NCBI GenBank assembly: GCA_019416865.1 | Contig: DXWL01000001.1 | Span: forward strand, 39,559-103,558 | DNA from: Fusobacterium sp. | GTDB taxonomy: Bacteria > Fusobacteriota > Fusobacteriia > Fusobacteriales > Fusobacteriaceae | DNA: 64,000 nucleotides | Direction of reading: 5' to 3' | Shown here: positions 32,972 through 43,746 of the stretch, piece after piece | How the letters are laid out: every line of letters begins with the position of its first letter | Numbering within the stretch: the stretch's first letter is position 1 | Translations under genes and position numbers: made by a program | The notes under the pieces: generated by a model | What the model was told of the DNA's origin: nothing | Databases searched by the model: none | The model's input: the letters and a program-made list of their open reading frames with translations, nothing else

Positions 32972-34489
32972 TTAAGTTATAGGTGCTGGGTTAAAAATAC
33001 AGAAGTCATTATGAAGCTTATATTTCTCTGCAAAACTTTGTTTTCTTCCACTTGCAACATCTATAATTTCATTAAATAATAAAGTTCCTATATCTTTTAT
33101 TGTTGCTTCTCCTGTTGCTATTGGTCCCGCATTTATATCAATAAGATCAAACCATTGATTTTTCATATCATTTCTTGAGCAAACTTTTATTACAGGAGCC
33201 ACTGCCAGACCGTAAGGAGTTCCACGACCTGTCATAAATACCTGCAGTCCTATTCCAGATGCTAGTTGGCATGGTCCACATACTATATCACTTGCTGGAG
33301 TTGCTGCATAAATAAGTCCATGTTTTGTTGGTTTTTCTCCTAGTGAAAGAACTTCCACTATTGGAGATGTTCCTGATTTTGCTATAGAACCCATAGCTTT
33401 TTCAACTATATTTGCAAGTCCGCCTTTTTTATTTCCAGGAGTAGGATTAGCACTTCTGTCTACCTCTCCCTCTTCAAGATATTTATCGTACCATCTCATT
33501 TCAGCAGCAAGTTTTTCTCCCACTTCTGAATTTACACAACGTTCCCCTATAATATGAACTCCGTCTCTTACCTCTGTAACTTCAGAGAACATTACTGTTG
33601 CTCCTCCTTTAACAAGCATATCAGCAGCATATCCTGCAGAAGGGTTAGCTGTTACACCTGAAAAAGCATCACTTCCTCCGCACTGCATTCCTATAAGAAG
33701 ATCTGATAATGGAAGAGTTTCTCTCTTTCTTTCATTAAGAACAGCAAGTTTCTTATCTGCCATCTCCATGATTGAATCTATCATCTCTGCAAATCCTTTT
33801 TTCTCTTGTAAAATGATTACATTTTCAGGAGTAATATCCTCTTTATCACACAGCATATCAACAGTAAATTTTTCACATCCAAGCCCTACTACCATCATTT
33901 GTCCGCCAAAATTTGGATGCTTTGACAGATTACGAAGTATTCTTATAGGCACTTTAGCTTCAGGAGCATTTATCGCTACTCCACATCCATAAGCATGATT
34001 TATAGCTACAACACCATCAACATTTGGATATTTAGGTAAAAGTTCTTTTTTAATTTTTTCAACAGCTACATTCAAAACTCCTGTAACACATTGAACTGTT
34101 GTACTGATTCCTAAAATATTTCTTGTTCCTGCATATCCTCCATTTGGATTTTTGTATCCTTCCCAAGTTGTTACAGTAGGTTCTGGAAGTTCAGTAACAA
34201 GATTTACTCCAAACTCCATATTATCTACTGACGGAGGTGTTGGAAGTACAAGCATTTTTTCATTTATCCACTGACCTTTTTTAATATCATCAACAGCATA
34301 TCCTAAAACTACTCCATATCTTATTATCGGTTCATTTTTATTAATATCACATAGAGCAATTTTATGAGCTTGAGGGATATCATTCAAGGCTGTAATTTCA
34401 TTCATAACTGTTGTTCCAGCTTTTATTTCTTCAACTGCAACAGCCACATTATCTATGTCTTTTATCTTTATACATGATACAGTCTTCAT
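32972..34489 (-). CDS. garD: Galactarate dehydratase
   Basis: N-terminal SAF domain; HAYGCG, LGCEK, QCGGSD and NPTPGNKKGGL motifs. Confidence 0.93.
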   Translation of the reverse strand: MKTVSCIKIKDIDNVAVAVEEIKAGTTVMNEITALNDIPQAHKIALCDINKNEPIIRYGVVLGYAVDDIKKGQWINEKMLVLPTPPSVDNMEFGVNLVTELPEPTVTTWEGYKNPNGGYAGTRNILGISTTVQCVTGVLNVAVEKIKKELLPKYPNVDGVVAINHAYGCGVAINAPEAKVPIRILRNLSKHPNFGGQMMVVGLGCEKFTVDMLCDKEDITPENVIILQEKKGFAEMIDSIMEMADKKLAVLNERKRETLPLSDLLIGMQCGGSDAFSGVTANPSAGYAADMLVKGGATVMFSEVTEVRDGVHIIGERCVNSEVGEKLAAEMRWYDKYLEEGEVDRSANPTPGNKKGGLANIVEKAMGSIAKSGTSPIVEVLSLGEKPTKHGLIYAATPASDIVCGPCQLASGIGLQVFMTGRGTPYGLAVAPVIKVCSRNDMKNQWFDLIDINAGPIATGEATIKDIGTLLFNEIIDVASGRKQSFAEKYKLHNDFCIFNPAPIT

Positions 34490-34513
34490 TTTTCCACCTT
34501 TTAATATTTAAAA

Positions 34514-35980
34514 TTATCTATCTTTAAATTTATAGTTATCATATAGAGCATAAGCTATTGATAATAAAATTAATACCCAGATTCCTAATCCGATAGGTCT
34601 TTGGAAGAAGCACATCAAATCTCCTCCTGAACCTTTTATTGAGTCAACAAAATATTTCTCAAGATCACGACCTAAGATAAATCCTATTAAGAAACAAGCT
34701 GTTGATAATTTTAATTTTCCAAATATATATCCGATTATACCAAATAGGAATAAAGTCCATACATCAAACATATTTCCGTTACGGTTTGCATAAGCTCCGA
34801 CAACACACATAAGAATAATTACTGGATATATTCTTGTTTTAGGGAATTGAATTACTTTTGCAATATATTTAATTGGATAGAACATTATTAAGAACATAAG
34901 AGCATTACAAATTAATAAAGCAAATAAAATTGTATGCCATGTTGCTGGGTTTTTAGAGATAAACAGAGGTCCAACTTGGATTCCTTGAAGCATAAATGCT
35001 CCTACTAGAACTGCTGTTGTACTATCCCCTGGTATTCCTAAAGAAAGAAGAGGTATTAATGCTCCACCTGTAAGTCCATTGTTTGCAGATTCACTGGCAA
35101 CAAGTCCCTCAACTGCACCTTTTCCAAATTCATCTGGATTTTTAGAGAAGTTTTTAGCCTGTGAGTATGAAAGAATTGAAGCAGCACTTCCTCCAACTCC
35201 TGGAAGAATTCCCATAAATGTTCCTATTCCTGATGAACGAATAACATTTACAAATTGACCTTTAAAATCTTTAAATGAGAATTTTCTTGTATTATCTGTC
35301 ATCTCAGCTACTATTGCATTTGCTTTCATTCCATCTTCAGCTTCTTCAAATATTTGACTTAAAGCAAATAATCCAATAAGAACTGGAAGAAGCTGGAATC
35401 CACTTCTAAGTTCAACTCTTAAAAAGTCAGGAACCATTCTTACCATATTGTTATCAGGAAACTGTCCAATAAGAGATATAAAAGTTCCCAAGAATCCTGC
35501 AAATATACCTTTAATCATATTTCCTTTTGAAAGAGCAGCTATTACTGTCATTGCAAACAATATGATTAAGAATTTTTCTATAGCAGAGAATTTTATTGCA
35601 AGTCTTGCAAGAGGAGGAGTAAATAGCCAAAGAGCTCCTAAACTTATCATACCTCCAAGAAGTGATGCAGTTATACCTATTTTTAAAGCTCTTTCTCCTT
35701 CACCTCTTTTTGCCATTGGGTGTCCGTCAAATCCAGTTGTAATAGATGAAGGTGTTCCAGGTATATTTATAAGAATTGCTGGAATAAGTCCTCCACTGAT
35801 ACCTCCAACATAAAGACCAAGCAATAAATAAAGTGATGTATTTAAATCATAAGCATAAGTTAACGGTAAAAATATAGCGATTGCCATTGTAGCTGTCATT
35901 CCAGGAATAGCACCGAATATTATTCCTACAAAAACACCTAAGGCAGCTACTACAAATTGTAAAACTCCAAATTCTATCAT
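34514..35980 (-). CDS. tctA: Tripartite tricarboxylate transporter large permease TctA
   Basis: GAIPGMT, NIPGTP, ESANN and LGIPGD motifs. Confidence 0.92.
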   Translation of the reverse strand: MIEFGVLQFVVAALGVFVGIIFGAIPGMTATMAIAIFLPLTYAYDLNTSLYLLLGLYVGGISGGLIPAILINIPGTPSSITTGFDGHPMAKRGEGERALKIGITASLLGGMISLGALWLFTPPLARLAIKFSAIEKFLIILFAMTVIAALSKGNMIKGIFAGFLGTFISLIGQFPDNNMVRMVPDFLRVELRSGFQLLPVLIGLFALSQIFEEAEDGMKANAIVAEMTDNTRKFSFKDFKGQFVNVIRSSGIGTFMGILPGVGGSAASILSYSQAKNFSKNPDEFGKGAVEGLVASESANNGLTGGALIPLLSLGIPGDSTTAVLVGAFMLQGIQVGPLFISKNPATWHTILFALLICNALMFLIMFYPIKYIAKVIQFPKTRIYPVIILMCVVGAYANRNGNMFDVWTLFLFGIIGYIFGKLKLSTACFLIGFILGRDLEKYFVDSIKGSGGDLMCFFQRPIGLGIWVLILLSIAYALYDNYKFKDR

Positions 35981-35992
35981 AATTATATCCTC

Positions 35993-36448
35993 CTACGGTA
36001 ATGTAATTTGGAATACCTGTCCAAATATGAACCATACCCCTACAGCAAACACAGTTGAAATTATTATTGAGTTAGCAACAGATTTAAATCCAGGATTTTT
36101 ATAGAAAGTTTTTTCTTTCACTCCCACTGCTACACCTTTTAAATCTTCAACACCTGTAAATAACACATTAAATAAGAAGATACAAGTAATACTTGCTGGA
36201 AGGAAACCTATAAATTCCATCGCTTTTATATAAATAACAAATAATAAAAGTCCGCCTATAAGTCTTAATTTATCCCAGTTTTCTTGAAAAAATCTATAAC
36301 CTGAAATATTTATAAAAGGTTTTCCAGATTTTTTTGTTTCAAAGTATCTTTCAATCATCATTATTACCAGCAATATTGCTAAAATTCCCATTATGATAGG
36401 AGGAACAAGCCAGTGTGATTTTGATGGTATATAATTAATCTTAATCAT
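35993..36448 (-). CDS. tctB: Tripartite tricarboxylate transporter small subunit TctB
   Basis: Four TM helices ending F..VF.ITLP; lies between tctC and tctA. Confidence 0.8.
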   Translation of the reverse strand: MIKINYIPSKSHWLVPPIIMGILAILLVIMMIERYFETKKSGKPFINISGYRFFQENWDKLRLIGGLLLFVIYIKAMEFIGFLPASITCIFLFNVLFTGVEDLKGVAVGVKEKTFYKNPGFKSVANSIIISTVFAVGVWFIFGQVFQITLP

Positions 36449-36546
36449 TTTAACTCCTTTTTTCTTAATATTTCCTTTTTAAAGAGGGAGAAATTTAATT
36501 TCTTAAATTTCTCCCAAACTTTAAATAACTTTATTTTTTAATCTTT

Positions 36547-37584
36547 TTATTTTTGAACTAAATCGTCAAGTGATGGTGAATTATCTATAAGAGTTTGAAT
36601 TCCATCTCTTTTTCCATAAATAAATGCTTTAGCATCTGCTGCATTTAAGAATCCAGCACGGTAGTTCATTCTTCCTAAATCTTCGTTGAATTGAGGATCA
36701 GCTGATACTTTTTCCATAGCTGTATCTAACTCCGCTACTAATTCTGCTGGGAAATCTTTAGGCATATAGATTAAGAAATCTTTAGAGAATCTGAATTCTT
36801 TATCATTTACAGTTATTCCTAAATCTGCATAAGATTTAACATCTACACCTTCAATATTATCTAAAAGACCTACAAATTTCATAGCAATTTTTGCATCATC
36901 TGTTTCTGTATAATCTTTTAATGAAGCATAGTCAGCAAATATTACGTCGCAGTTTCCATCCCATAGAAGTTGACATTTGTCTGCTGTTGAACCACCAACA
37001 ACTACTACTATACGATCTGCTACATCTTGACCATAAGTTTTAACTACCCAATCATAGAAAGCTATAAATCCAACGTGAGAAACTCCTCCAGCTTCACAAG
37101 CCATACGGCAGATAGCATTTGGATTTTCTTTTAAATACTTAGGAATTTCTGTTAAATCATTATAAGGTGCGTTGATTCCTGCTGCCCAAGCTGCTCCAGG
37201 GTTTTGTGCAATACGAGGACCAACTTCCATATTTTCTAATTTATATATATCATCATAAGATTTAAATGATACACCTAAATAAGTCATATCATGGAACATC
37301 ATAATTGTATTTCCATCAGGTTTAGAATCCTGCATAGCTGCAAGTGCTTCTGCAGCCCCAACTGCATCAACTTTCATGTTAGCTCCAAGAGCTTTACCTA
37401 AATGTCTCGATACAGTATCTGCTATTAAATAAGAATCTCCTGATGTAGATGTAGAACCTATAACAACTCTTACATTTTTTCCATTAAAAGTTGTAGCTGT
37501 TTCTTTCTCTTTTCCACATCCTGTAAAAACTACCATAGAAATCAGACCAAGCATTAACATTAATACTTTCACAAACTTTTTCAT
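36547..37584 (-). CDS. tctC: Tripartite tricarboxylate transporter substrate-binding lipoprotein (TctC/Bug-like)
   Basis: Lipobox FTGC and KPDGNTI motif; start moved to MKKFVK. Confidence 0.78.
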   Translation of the reverse strand: MKKFVKVLMLMLGLISMVVFTGCGKEKETATTFNGKNVRVVIGSTSTSGDSYLIADTVSRHLGKALGANMKVDAVGAAEALAAMQDSKPDGNTIMMFHDMTYLGVSFKSYDDIYKLENMEVGPRIAQNPGAAWAAGINAPYNDLTEIPKYLKENPNAICRMACEAGGVSHVGFIAFYDWVVKTYGQDVADRIVVVVGGSTADKCQLLWDGNCDVIFADYASLKDYTETDDAKIAMKFVGLLDNIEGVDVKSYADLGITVNDKEFRFSKDFLIYMPKDFPAELVAELDTAMEKVSADPQFNEDLGRMNYRAGFLNAADAKAFIYGKRDGIQTLIDNSPSLDDLVQK

Positions 37585-37835
37585 TTCATACCTCCCAAAC
37601 TTTTTTTCATCCTTTTTCAAAACATTTTTTATAAAATAAAAACATTTAATCTTGTTTCAATCATATTTTAAACTAAAATTTCTATTAAGTAAAATTCTTT
37701 TTTTTAAGATTCGTCTTAATTTTTCTTATAGTTTTGTTAATTTTTCTTATAACTTTGAAAAAATTATTGCTTTTAGCAAACTTGTAACTTATAATTTAAT
37801 TGATAGAATAAAAATAAATTTAAAGCGAGGGAAAA

Positions 37836-38759
37836 ATGGATTTAAAACAGCTGGAATATATTGTAGAAATCGCAAAAGAAAAAAATATCACTCATGCTGC
37901 TGAAAAGCTTTTTATTTCCCAATCTGCACTGAATCAGCAGCTTTTAAAATTAGAAAAAGAACTTGGAGCTCAGCTTTTCCATCGTTCAAGAACTGATTGG
38001 CATCTTACAGAAGTAGGAGAAATATATATTGAAAATGCAAAAAAAATTCTGGAAATACAAAAAAATACATACAATCAGATATATGATTGTATTGAACATC
38101 ATAAAAGAAAACTTACAATCGGACTTACAGCAGGAAGAGGAATCGAATTATTCACATCTATTTTTTCTGATTTTCAAAAACTATATCCCAATGTTATTGT
38201 TGAACCAATAGAGATGTCTGTATATGAACAACAGAAAAAGATGGAAAAAGGTGAACTAGATTTAGGATTTATGACTTTATCCAAAAATCAAAGGACAAAA
38301 GATAACTATATAGTTTTATATTCTGAGGAGATGGTTCTTATAACTTCAAAAAAACATCCATTTGTTAATTCTGAAGCTGCAAAAGAACCTGTGGATCTTT
38401 TGAATTTTAAAGATGAACCATTTGTATTTATGAATAAAAAATCAACCAACAGAGATGTTATTGATGAAATTTTTAAAGATGCTGGATTTGAACCTCGTAT
38501 TCTTTTTGAAACAACCTATACAAGCAGTATTGTAAGAGCAGTAGAATTCAATCTTTCTTGTGCTGTTGTACCTTACTATTATGTAAAAAGTGAAAACAAA
38601 AATATCTCCTACTTTAGAATAAAAGGATTTCCTTCATGGGATGTTTCTATAAGCTATAAAAAAGACAGCTATCTTTCAAAACCTGCTCAAGCTTTCATAG
38701 AACTTGCCAAAAAATACTGTAGCAAAAAAAATGGACTTATTAAACTCAATAAGTCTTAA
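37836..38759 (+). CDS. LysR family transcriptional regulator
   Basis: N-terminal HTH (AAEKLFISQSAL...LEKELG); divergent from tctC. Confidence 0.93.
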   Translation: MDLKQLEYIVEIAKEKNITHAAEKLFISQSALNQQLLKLEKELGAQLFHRSRTDWHLTEVGEIYIENAKKILEIQKNTYNQIYDCIEHHKRKLTIGLTAGRGIELFTSIFSDFQKLYPNVIVEPIEMSVYEQQKKMEKGELDLGFMTLSKNQRTKDNYIVLYSEEMVLITSKKHPFVNSEAAKEPVDLLNFKDEPFVFMNKKSTNRDVIDEIFKDAGFEPRILFETTYTSSIVRAVEFNLSCAVVPYYYVKSENKNISYFRIKGFPSWDVSISYKKDSYLSKPAQAFIELAKKYCSKKNGLIKLNKS

Positions 38760-38861
38760 AATATCTAATAACTTTCTTAATTTTTTAAATTTTACAAAAT
38801 ACATATTTCATATTATACTAATATTATCTCACATATATTAAGCTTAAAAGGAGGTATACTT

Positions 38862-39287
38862 ATGGAATACAAACAATCAAACAATTTTTATTTTGTAAGA
38901 ATTGACAGAGGAGAAGAAGTACTTGCAAAACTTAAAGAAGTATGTGAAAAAGAAAATATTACTTTAGGAAAAATAGAGGGACTTGGAGCAACAGATAAGC
39001 TTACAATCGGACTTTTTGATATCCAAGAAAAATTTTATCATAAAACAACATTGACAGGACCTATGGAAATAACTTCTTTCATTGGAAATATTTCTACTTC
39101 AAATGGAAAAACTTATCTGCACTGTCATATCAATGTATGTAACAAAAATATGCAGATTTTCGGAGGACATCTTAATGAATGTTTTATTTCTGCTACAGGA
39201 GAATTTGTTATTACAAAAGCTGAAGGAACAGTAGAAAGAGAATTAGACAAAGAAATTGGATTGAATTTATTTAAATTTATAGACTAA
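38862..39287 (+). CDS. PPC domain (DUF296) protein
   Basis: EITSFIGNI, HCH and GGHL motifs. Confidence 0.85.
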   Translation: MEYKQSNNFYFVRIDRGEEVLAKLKEVCEKENITLGKIEGLGATDKLTIGLFDIQEKFYHKTTLTGPMEITSFIGNISTSNGKTYLHCHINVCNKNMQIFGGHLNECFISATGEFVITKAEGTVERELDKEIGLNLFKFID

Positions 39288-39322
39288 AAAATAAAACTAT
39301 AATACTCTTAAAATTTTTAATG

Positions 39323-39357
39323 TAGGCTGTTGCATTTTATAAATTTGCAACAGCCTA
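39323..39357. terminator. Hairpin/terminator downstream of the DUF296 gene
   Basis: TAGGCTGTTGCA...TGCAACAGCCTA inverted repeat. Confidence 0.6.
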
Positions 39358-39457
39358 ATTTTATTTAAATAAAAAAGAGCTGAATAAATTAGTAATTAAA
39401 AAACTAATTTATAACAGCCCTTAAAATGAGGATTAGTATATAATTTTATTCAAATAC

Positions 39458-40843
39458 TCAGATAAATATATTTAAAACAATTAGTTCTAATACTCCTACT
39501 CCAGCCATTACCATTGATACTGCAGTTTTACATTTCAATTGATCTTTCATTTCGGTAAGCCCAAACATTCCATTGAATACCCAAAATCCGCTATCATTAA
39601 AATAACCAAAAGAAATAGCACCAATACAACATGCTTAAGCAAGAAGAACTGGAGATACTCCTAACATTGATACAAGAGGAGCTGTAAGAGATGCTGCTGT
39701 CGTTATAGCTACTGTTGCAGAACCTAGGGCAATTCTCATAAGCGCTGCAATTATAACTGGAATAAGTATAGCTGGTAATGGCCAAGTTACTACCATATCT
39801 CCAAGTACTCCTCCTATTCCACTTTCTTTAATTACATTTCCTAATGATCCCCCTGCTCCTGTTATTAACATAATAATACCTGTATCCTTTATACTTTCAT
39901 TCATAATATTTATTATTTCTTCTTTGGTAAGTTTACTTCCAAGACCATATACTGCTAAAATAGTACCTATTCCAAGAGCAACTATTGGAGCTCCTAATAA
40001 AGTAATTATATAATAAATTGGACCTGTTTTTATATTTGTTATATCTAAGATTGTTTTAGAAAAAATTAATACAAGAGGAATAACTATAGGAGATAACGAA
40101 TTCCAAAGTTTTGGTAAATCTTTTACATTCATTATATTTTCAAGCTGTTCCATTGTTTTTATATATTCTTTTTTAAATTCTTTTCTATCATAAGTTCCAT
40201 CTATATGAGGAATTTGATAAATTTTTGTCCCAATCCATTTAGAATATAAAGTTGATGCTATAAATATAGGAAGTGATAATAAACTTCCTGCTATTATCAT
40301 TTGTCCGATATCCACACCCATCATACCTGCTGCTGTAAGTGGACCAGGAGTAGGTGGAACCATTGTATGAGTAAGTTGAAGTCCACATGCAAGAGATAAA
40401 GCAAGACCAATAATTGATTTTCCTGTTACTCTAGAAAGAGCTTTACAAAGAGGTGTAAAAATTACAAGGGCTGAATCTGCAAAAACAGGTATAGATACTA
40501 TCCAACCAGTTATAGCTAAAGCCCACTCTTCTCTGCCTTTTCCTATAAGTTTTATAAATGTATAAGCAAGTCTTTCTGCAGCTCCTGATTTTTCTAAAAC
40601 CCCTCCCATCATTACTCCAAGACCTATTATTATTCCTGTATTTGCCAACGTATTTCCAAATCCTTTTGAAATTGCTTTTACAATTTCATTAGGATTCATT
40701 CCACCTATAATTCCTGTTACTAAAGCAGCTATTAATAAAGCTGTAAATGTATGAGTTTTTGTCTTCATTACTAAAATTATCATTAAAGCTATTCCCAAAA
40801 AAAGTCCTAATAACATTTGAGTTTCATATGTCATAAAATCCAT
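39458..40843 (-). pseudogene. GntP family sugar-acid permease with an internal nonsense codon
   Basis: PPTPGP and GSATVA motifs. In-frame TAA at 39635-39637, after which the frame continues ACCIGAISFGYFNDSGFW... to TGA at 39458-39460. Confidence 0.85.
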
Positions 40844-40862
40844 TCCCCTCTCTTTTTAATAT

Positions 40863-42566
40863 TTAAAATTTTGAAACATCTATAATTGCTCCTGTATCAG
40901 CAGAAGTTACTAATTCAGCATACTTAGCTAATGCTGGTTTTCTTGGTTTTTTTACAGGGTGCCAATTTTTCTTTCTTCTTTCAAATTCTTCTTCATCCAC
41001 TTCTATTTTCAATGTACGTTTTAAAATATCTATTTCTATGATATCTCCATCTTGTACAAATGCTATCGGACCACCTGCTGCAGCTTCTGGAGAAATATGT
41101 CCAACACAAGGTCCATGAGTAGCACCTGAAAAACGTCCATCAGTAATAAGAGCACAATCTTCATCCATTCCTCTACCCATTATAAGAGCTGTTGTTGAAA
41201 GCATCTCTCTCATTCCAGGTCCCCCTTTAGGTCCCTCATATCTTATTACTATTACAGTTCCTTTTTCTATTTTATTATTTTCAATTGCAAAATCTGCTTC
41301 TTCCATCGAATTAAATACTTTTGATTTTCCTTTAAAATAATACATTTTTTCTTTAACTCCAGATTGCTTTATTACAGCACCATTAGGAGCTAAATTTCCA
41401 TAAAGAACTGCTATTCCTCCCTCTTTTTTTTGTGGATTTTCTATAGTTTTTAATACATCATCTGGTTTCACAATCACTTTTTCTAATAACTCTTTTAAAG
41501 TTTTTCCTGTTACTGTCATTACATCTGTATGAAGCTTATCTTCTAATGTCTTAAGTACAGCAGGAATACCACCACTTGCATCTAAGGATACAATTGGATA
41601 TTTTCCTGATGGTTGAAGATTGCATATAAAAGGTATCTCTTTACTAATCTTATCAAAATCTTTTAAATTTAGCTCCACTCCAGCTTCATGTGCTATTGCC
41701 AAAAGATGAAGAACTAAATTAGTAGAAGATCCTGTTGCCATAGCTCCAACAATACCATTTAACATTACTTCTCTTGTTAATATCTTTCTTGGAGTTATAT
41801 TTTTATTTAAAAGCTCCATTATATATCTACCTGAGGCTTTTGCTATTCTTTTTCTTTTATTTGAAACTGCTGATGCAGTTCCAGCTCCAGGTAAAGACAT
41901 TCCAAGTACTTCACTTAACATGCACATAGAATTTGCTGTTCCTAAATGTGCACAACTTCCTACAGTTGGAAGTGCATTTTTTTCTGCCTCTTTCATTTCC
42001 TCTACTGTTACTGTTCCAACTTCTACTCTTCCTGGATATTCTCTTAATTCGCTAGAACAAAACAAAGGATTTCCTCCCACATTTCCTGGAAGCATAGGTC
42101 CTCCTGGAACAATTATTGCTGGAATATTTAGTCTTGCTGCAGCCATAAGCATTCCTGGAATAATTTTATCACATCCTGGTAATAGAACCATTGCATCAAA
42201 ATGATGAGCTTCTACTACCATTTCTATAGAATCAGCTATTAATTCTCTACTTGCAAGAGGATAACACATTCCTTTATGTCCTTGACAAAGACCATCACAA
42301 ATAGCTATTGTTTCTGATTGTCTAGGAACTCCTCCCATTTCTATAATTCCTTGTTTTACATATTCTGCTAACTCTCTTAAATGTACATGTCCTGGTACCA
42401 TCTCACTGAAGGATCCTATTACTGCTATAAATGGCTTTTTCATATCCTCTTCATCCATACCTGTCGCATATAAAAGAGCTCTTTGACCTGTACGTCCTAA
42501 TCCATTCGTAAGCACACTGCTTCTATATTTCTTATTTTTTATTTCAAACTCTTTTTCAAAATCCAT
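40863..42566 (-). CDS. IlvD/Edd family dehydratase (dihydroxy-acid or sugar-acid dehydratase)
   Basis: ICDG, CDKIIPG, GSCAHLGTANSM, GPGMREM and TDGRFSG motifs. Confidence 0.9.
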   Translation of the reverse strand: MDFEKEFEIKNKKYRSSVLTNGLGRTGQRALLYATGMDEEDMKKPFIAVIGSFSEMVPGHVHLRELAEYVKQGIIEMGGVPRQSETIAICDGLCQGHKGMCYPLASRELIADSIEMVVEAHHFDAMVLLPGCDKIIPGMLMAAARLNIPAIIVPGGPMLPGNVGGNPLFCSSELREYPGRVEVGTVTVEEMKEAEKNALPTVGSCAHLGTANSMCMLSEVLGMSLPGAGTASAVSNKRKRIAKASGRYIMELLNKNITPRKILTREVMLNGIVGAMATGSSTNLVLHLLAIAHEAGVELNLKDFDKISKEIPFICNLQPSGKYPIVSLDASGGIPAVLKTLEDKLHTDVMTVTGKTLKELLEKVIVKPDDVLKTIENPQKKEGGIAVLYGNLAPNGAVIKQSGVKEKMYYFKGKSKVFNSMEEADFAIENNKIEKGTVIVIRYEGPKGGPGMREMLSTTALIMGRGMDEDCALITDGRFSGATHGPCVGHISPEAAAGGPIAFVQDGDIIEIDILKRTLKIEVDEEEFERRKKNWHPVKKPRKPALAKYAELVTSADTGAIIDVSKF

Positions 42567-42758
42567 TCTGTCCTCCACTAAATTTTTTAATAGCGCTATT
42601 TTATTACAAAAATTTTACTTTTAGTTCTTATTGCTCAAATTATATCAAATATAATTGTGAAAGTTAAATTAATAATTCTATAAATATTATTAAAAAAATT
42701 AATAGTATTGACAAAAGTCTCTAAATTATATATTATTTGATTAAAAAAGGAGGCCTTT

Positions 42759-43669
42759 ATGAATTTGAAAGAGATAGAATATATCATAAAAATATCTGAA
42801 GAAAAAAATATTACAAGAGCTGCAGAAAAGCTTTATATTACTCCTTCTGCACTTAATCAACAGCTTTTAAATTTAGAAAAAGAACTTGAAACTCCTCTTT
42901 TCTTTCGTTCAAGAACTGGTTTTACACCTACTGAAGCTGGAAAAATATATTTAAAAGCTGCTAAAGAAATATTAAGATTAAAAAAAGATGCATATAATCA
43001 TTTACAAGATATTATAAAATCTAAAAAAGGAAGTATTTCAATTGGAGTTCCACCTGAAAGAGGATCTGATATGTTTACTTGTGTATATCCTATTTTTCAT
43101 AAAGAATATCCAAATATAAAAATAAAAATTATCGAAGTAAATGTAAAACAACAACAAAAACTTATATCAAACGGAGTACTTGATATTGGATTTATGACTC
43201 TTAAATCTTCACAAAAAACAGATGATGAATATATCCCAATATGTTCTGAAGAGCTTGTTCTCATAGTTCCCTCTTCGCACCCCTTATGTAAAAAATCTAA
43301 AAAAGGAAAAGGTCCTTATCCTGAAATAGATTTGACTTTATTTAAAAATGAAAATTTTGCTCTTATGTATAGAGAGTCAACTATTTCTGAACATGTTGAA
43401 AATATTTTTAGACAAGCCAAAATAATACCTAATATACTTTTTGAAACAACTAGAGCAAGTACTATTTTAGATGTAGTTTCTAAAAATATGTGTTGTGGAA
43501 TAATTCCAAATTCGATAGCTATTCCTCATAAAAAAATGTTTCTTTTTTTTGTTTTCCTAATCATACTTGTTGGGAAATTATGGTAAGTTATAAAAAAGGT
43601 GGGTATTTAAATAAAGCTACTAAAAGATTTATAGAACTTGCTTCTGACTATTGGAATAATTCATTTTAA
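42759..43669 (+). pseudogene. LysR family regulator with a frameshift near the 3' end
   Basis: Intact HTH. Adding 1 nt in the A7 run (43530-43536) or the T8 run (43543-43550) restores WEIMVSYKKGGYLNKATKRFIELA, which matches the C-terminus of the paralog at 37836. Confidence 0.8.
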
Positions 43670-43746
43670 TTCTATATATTCTCACAAATAAAAAAAGAGC
43701 TATACAAACCAAGAATATAAAATCATTGATTTGAGATAGCTCTTTT

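Noticed and set aside
39635..39637. Programmed stop-codon read-through in the GntP gene
   Set aside because: TAA is not a Sec or Pyl codon and is the normal stop for most genes here. A mutation or sequencing error is simpler.
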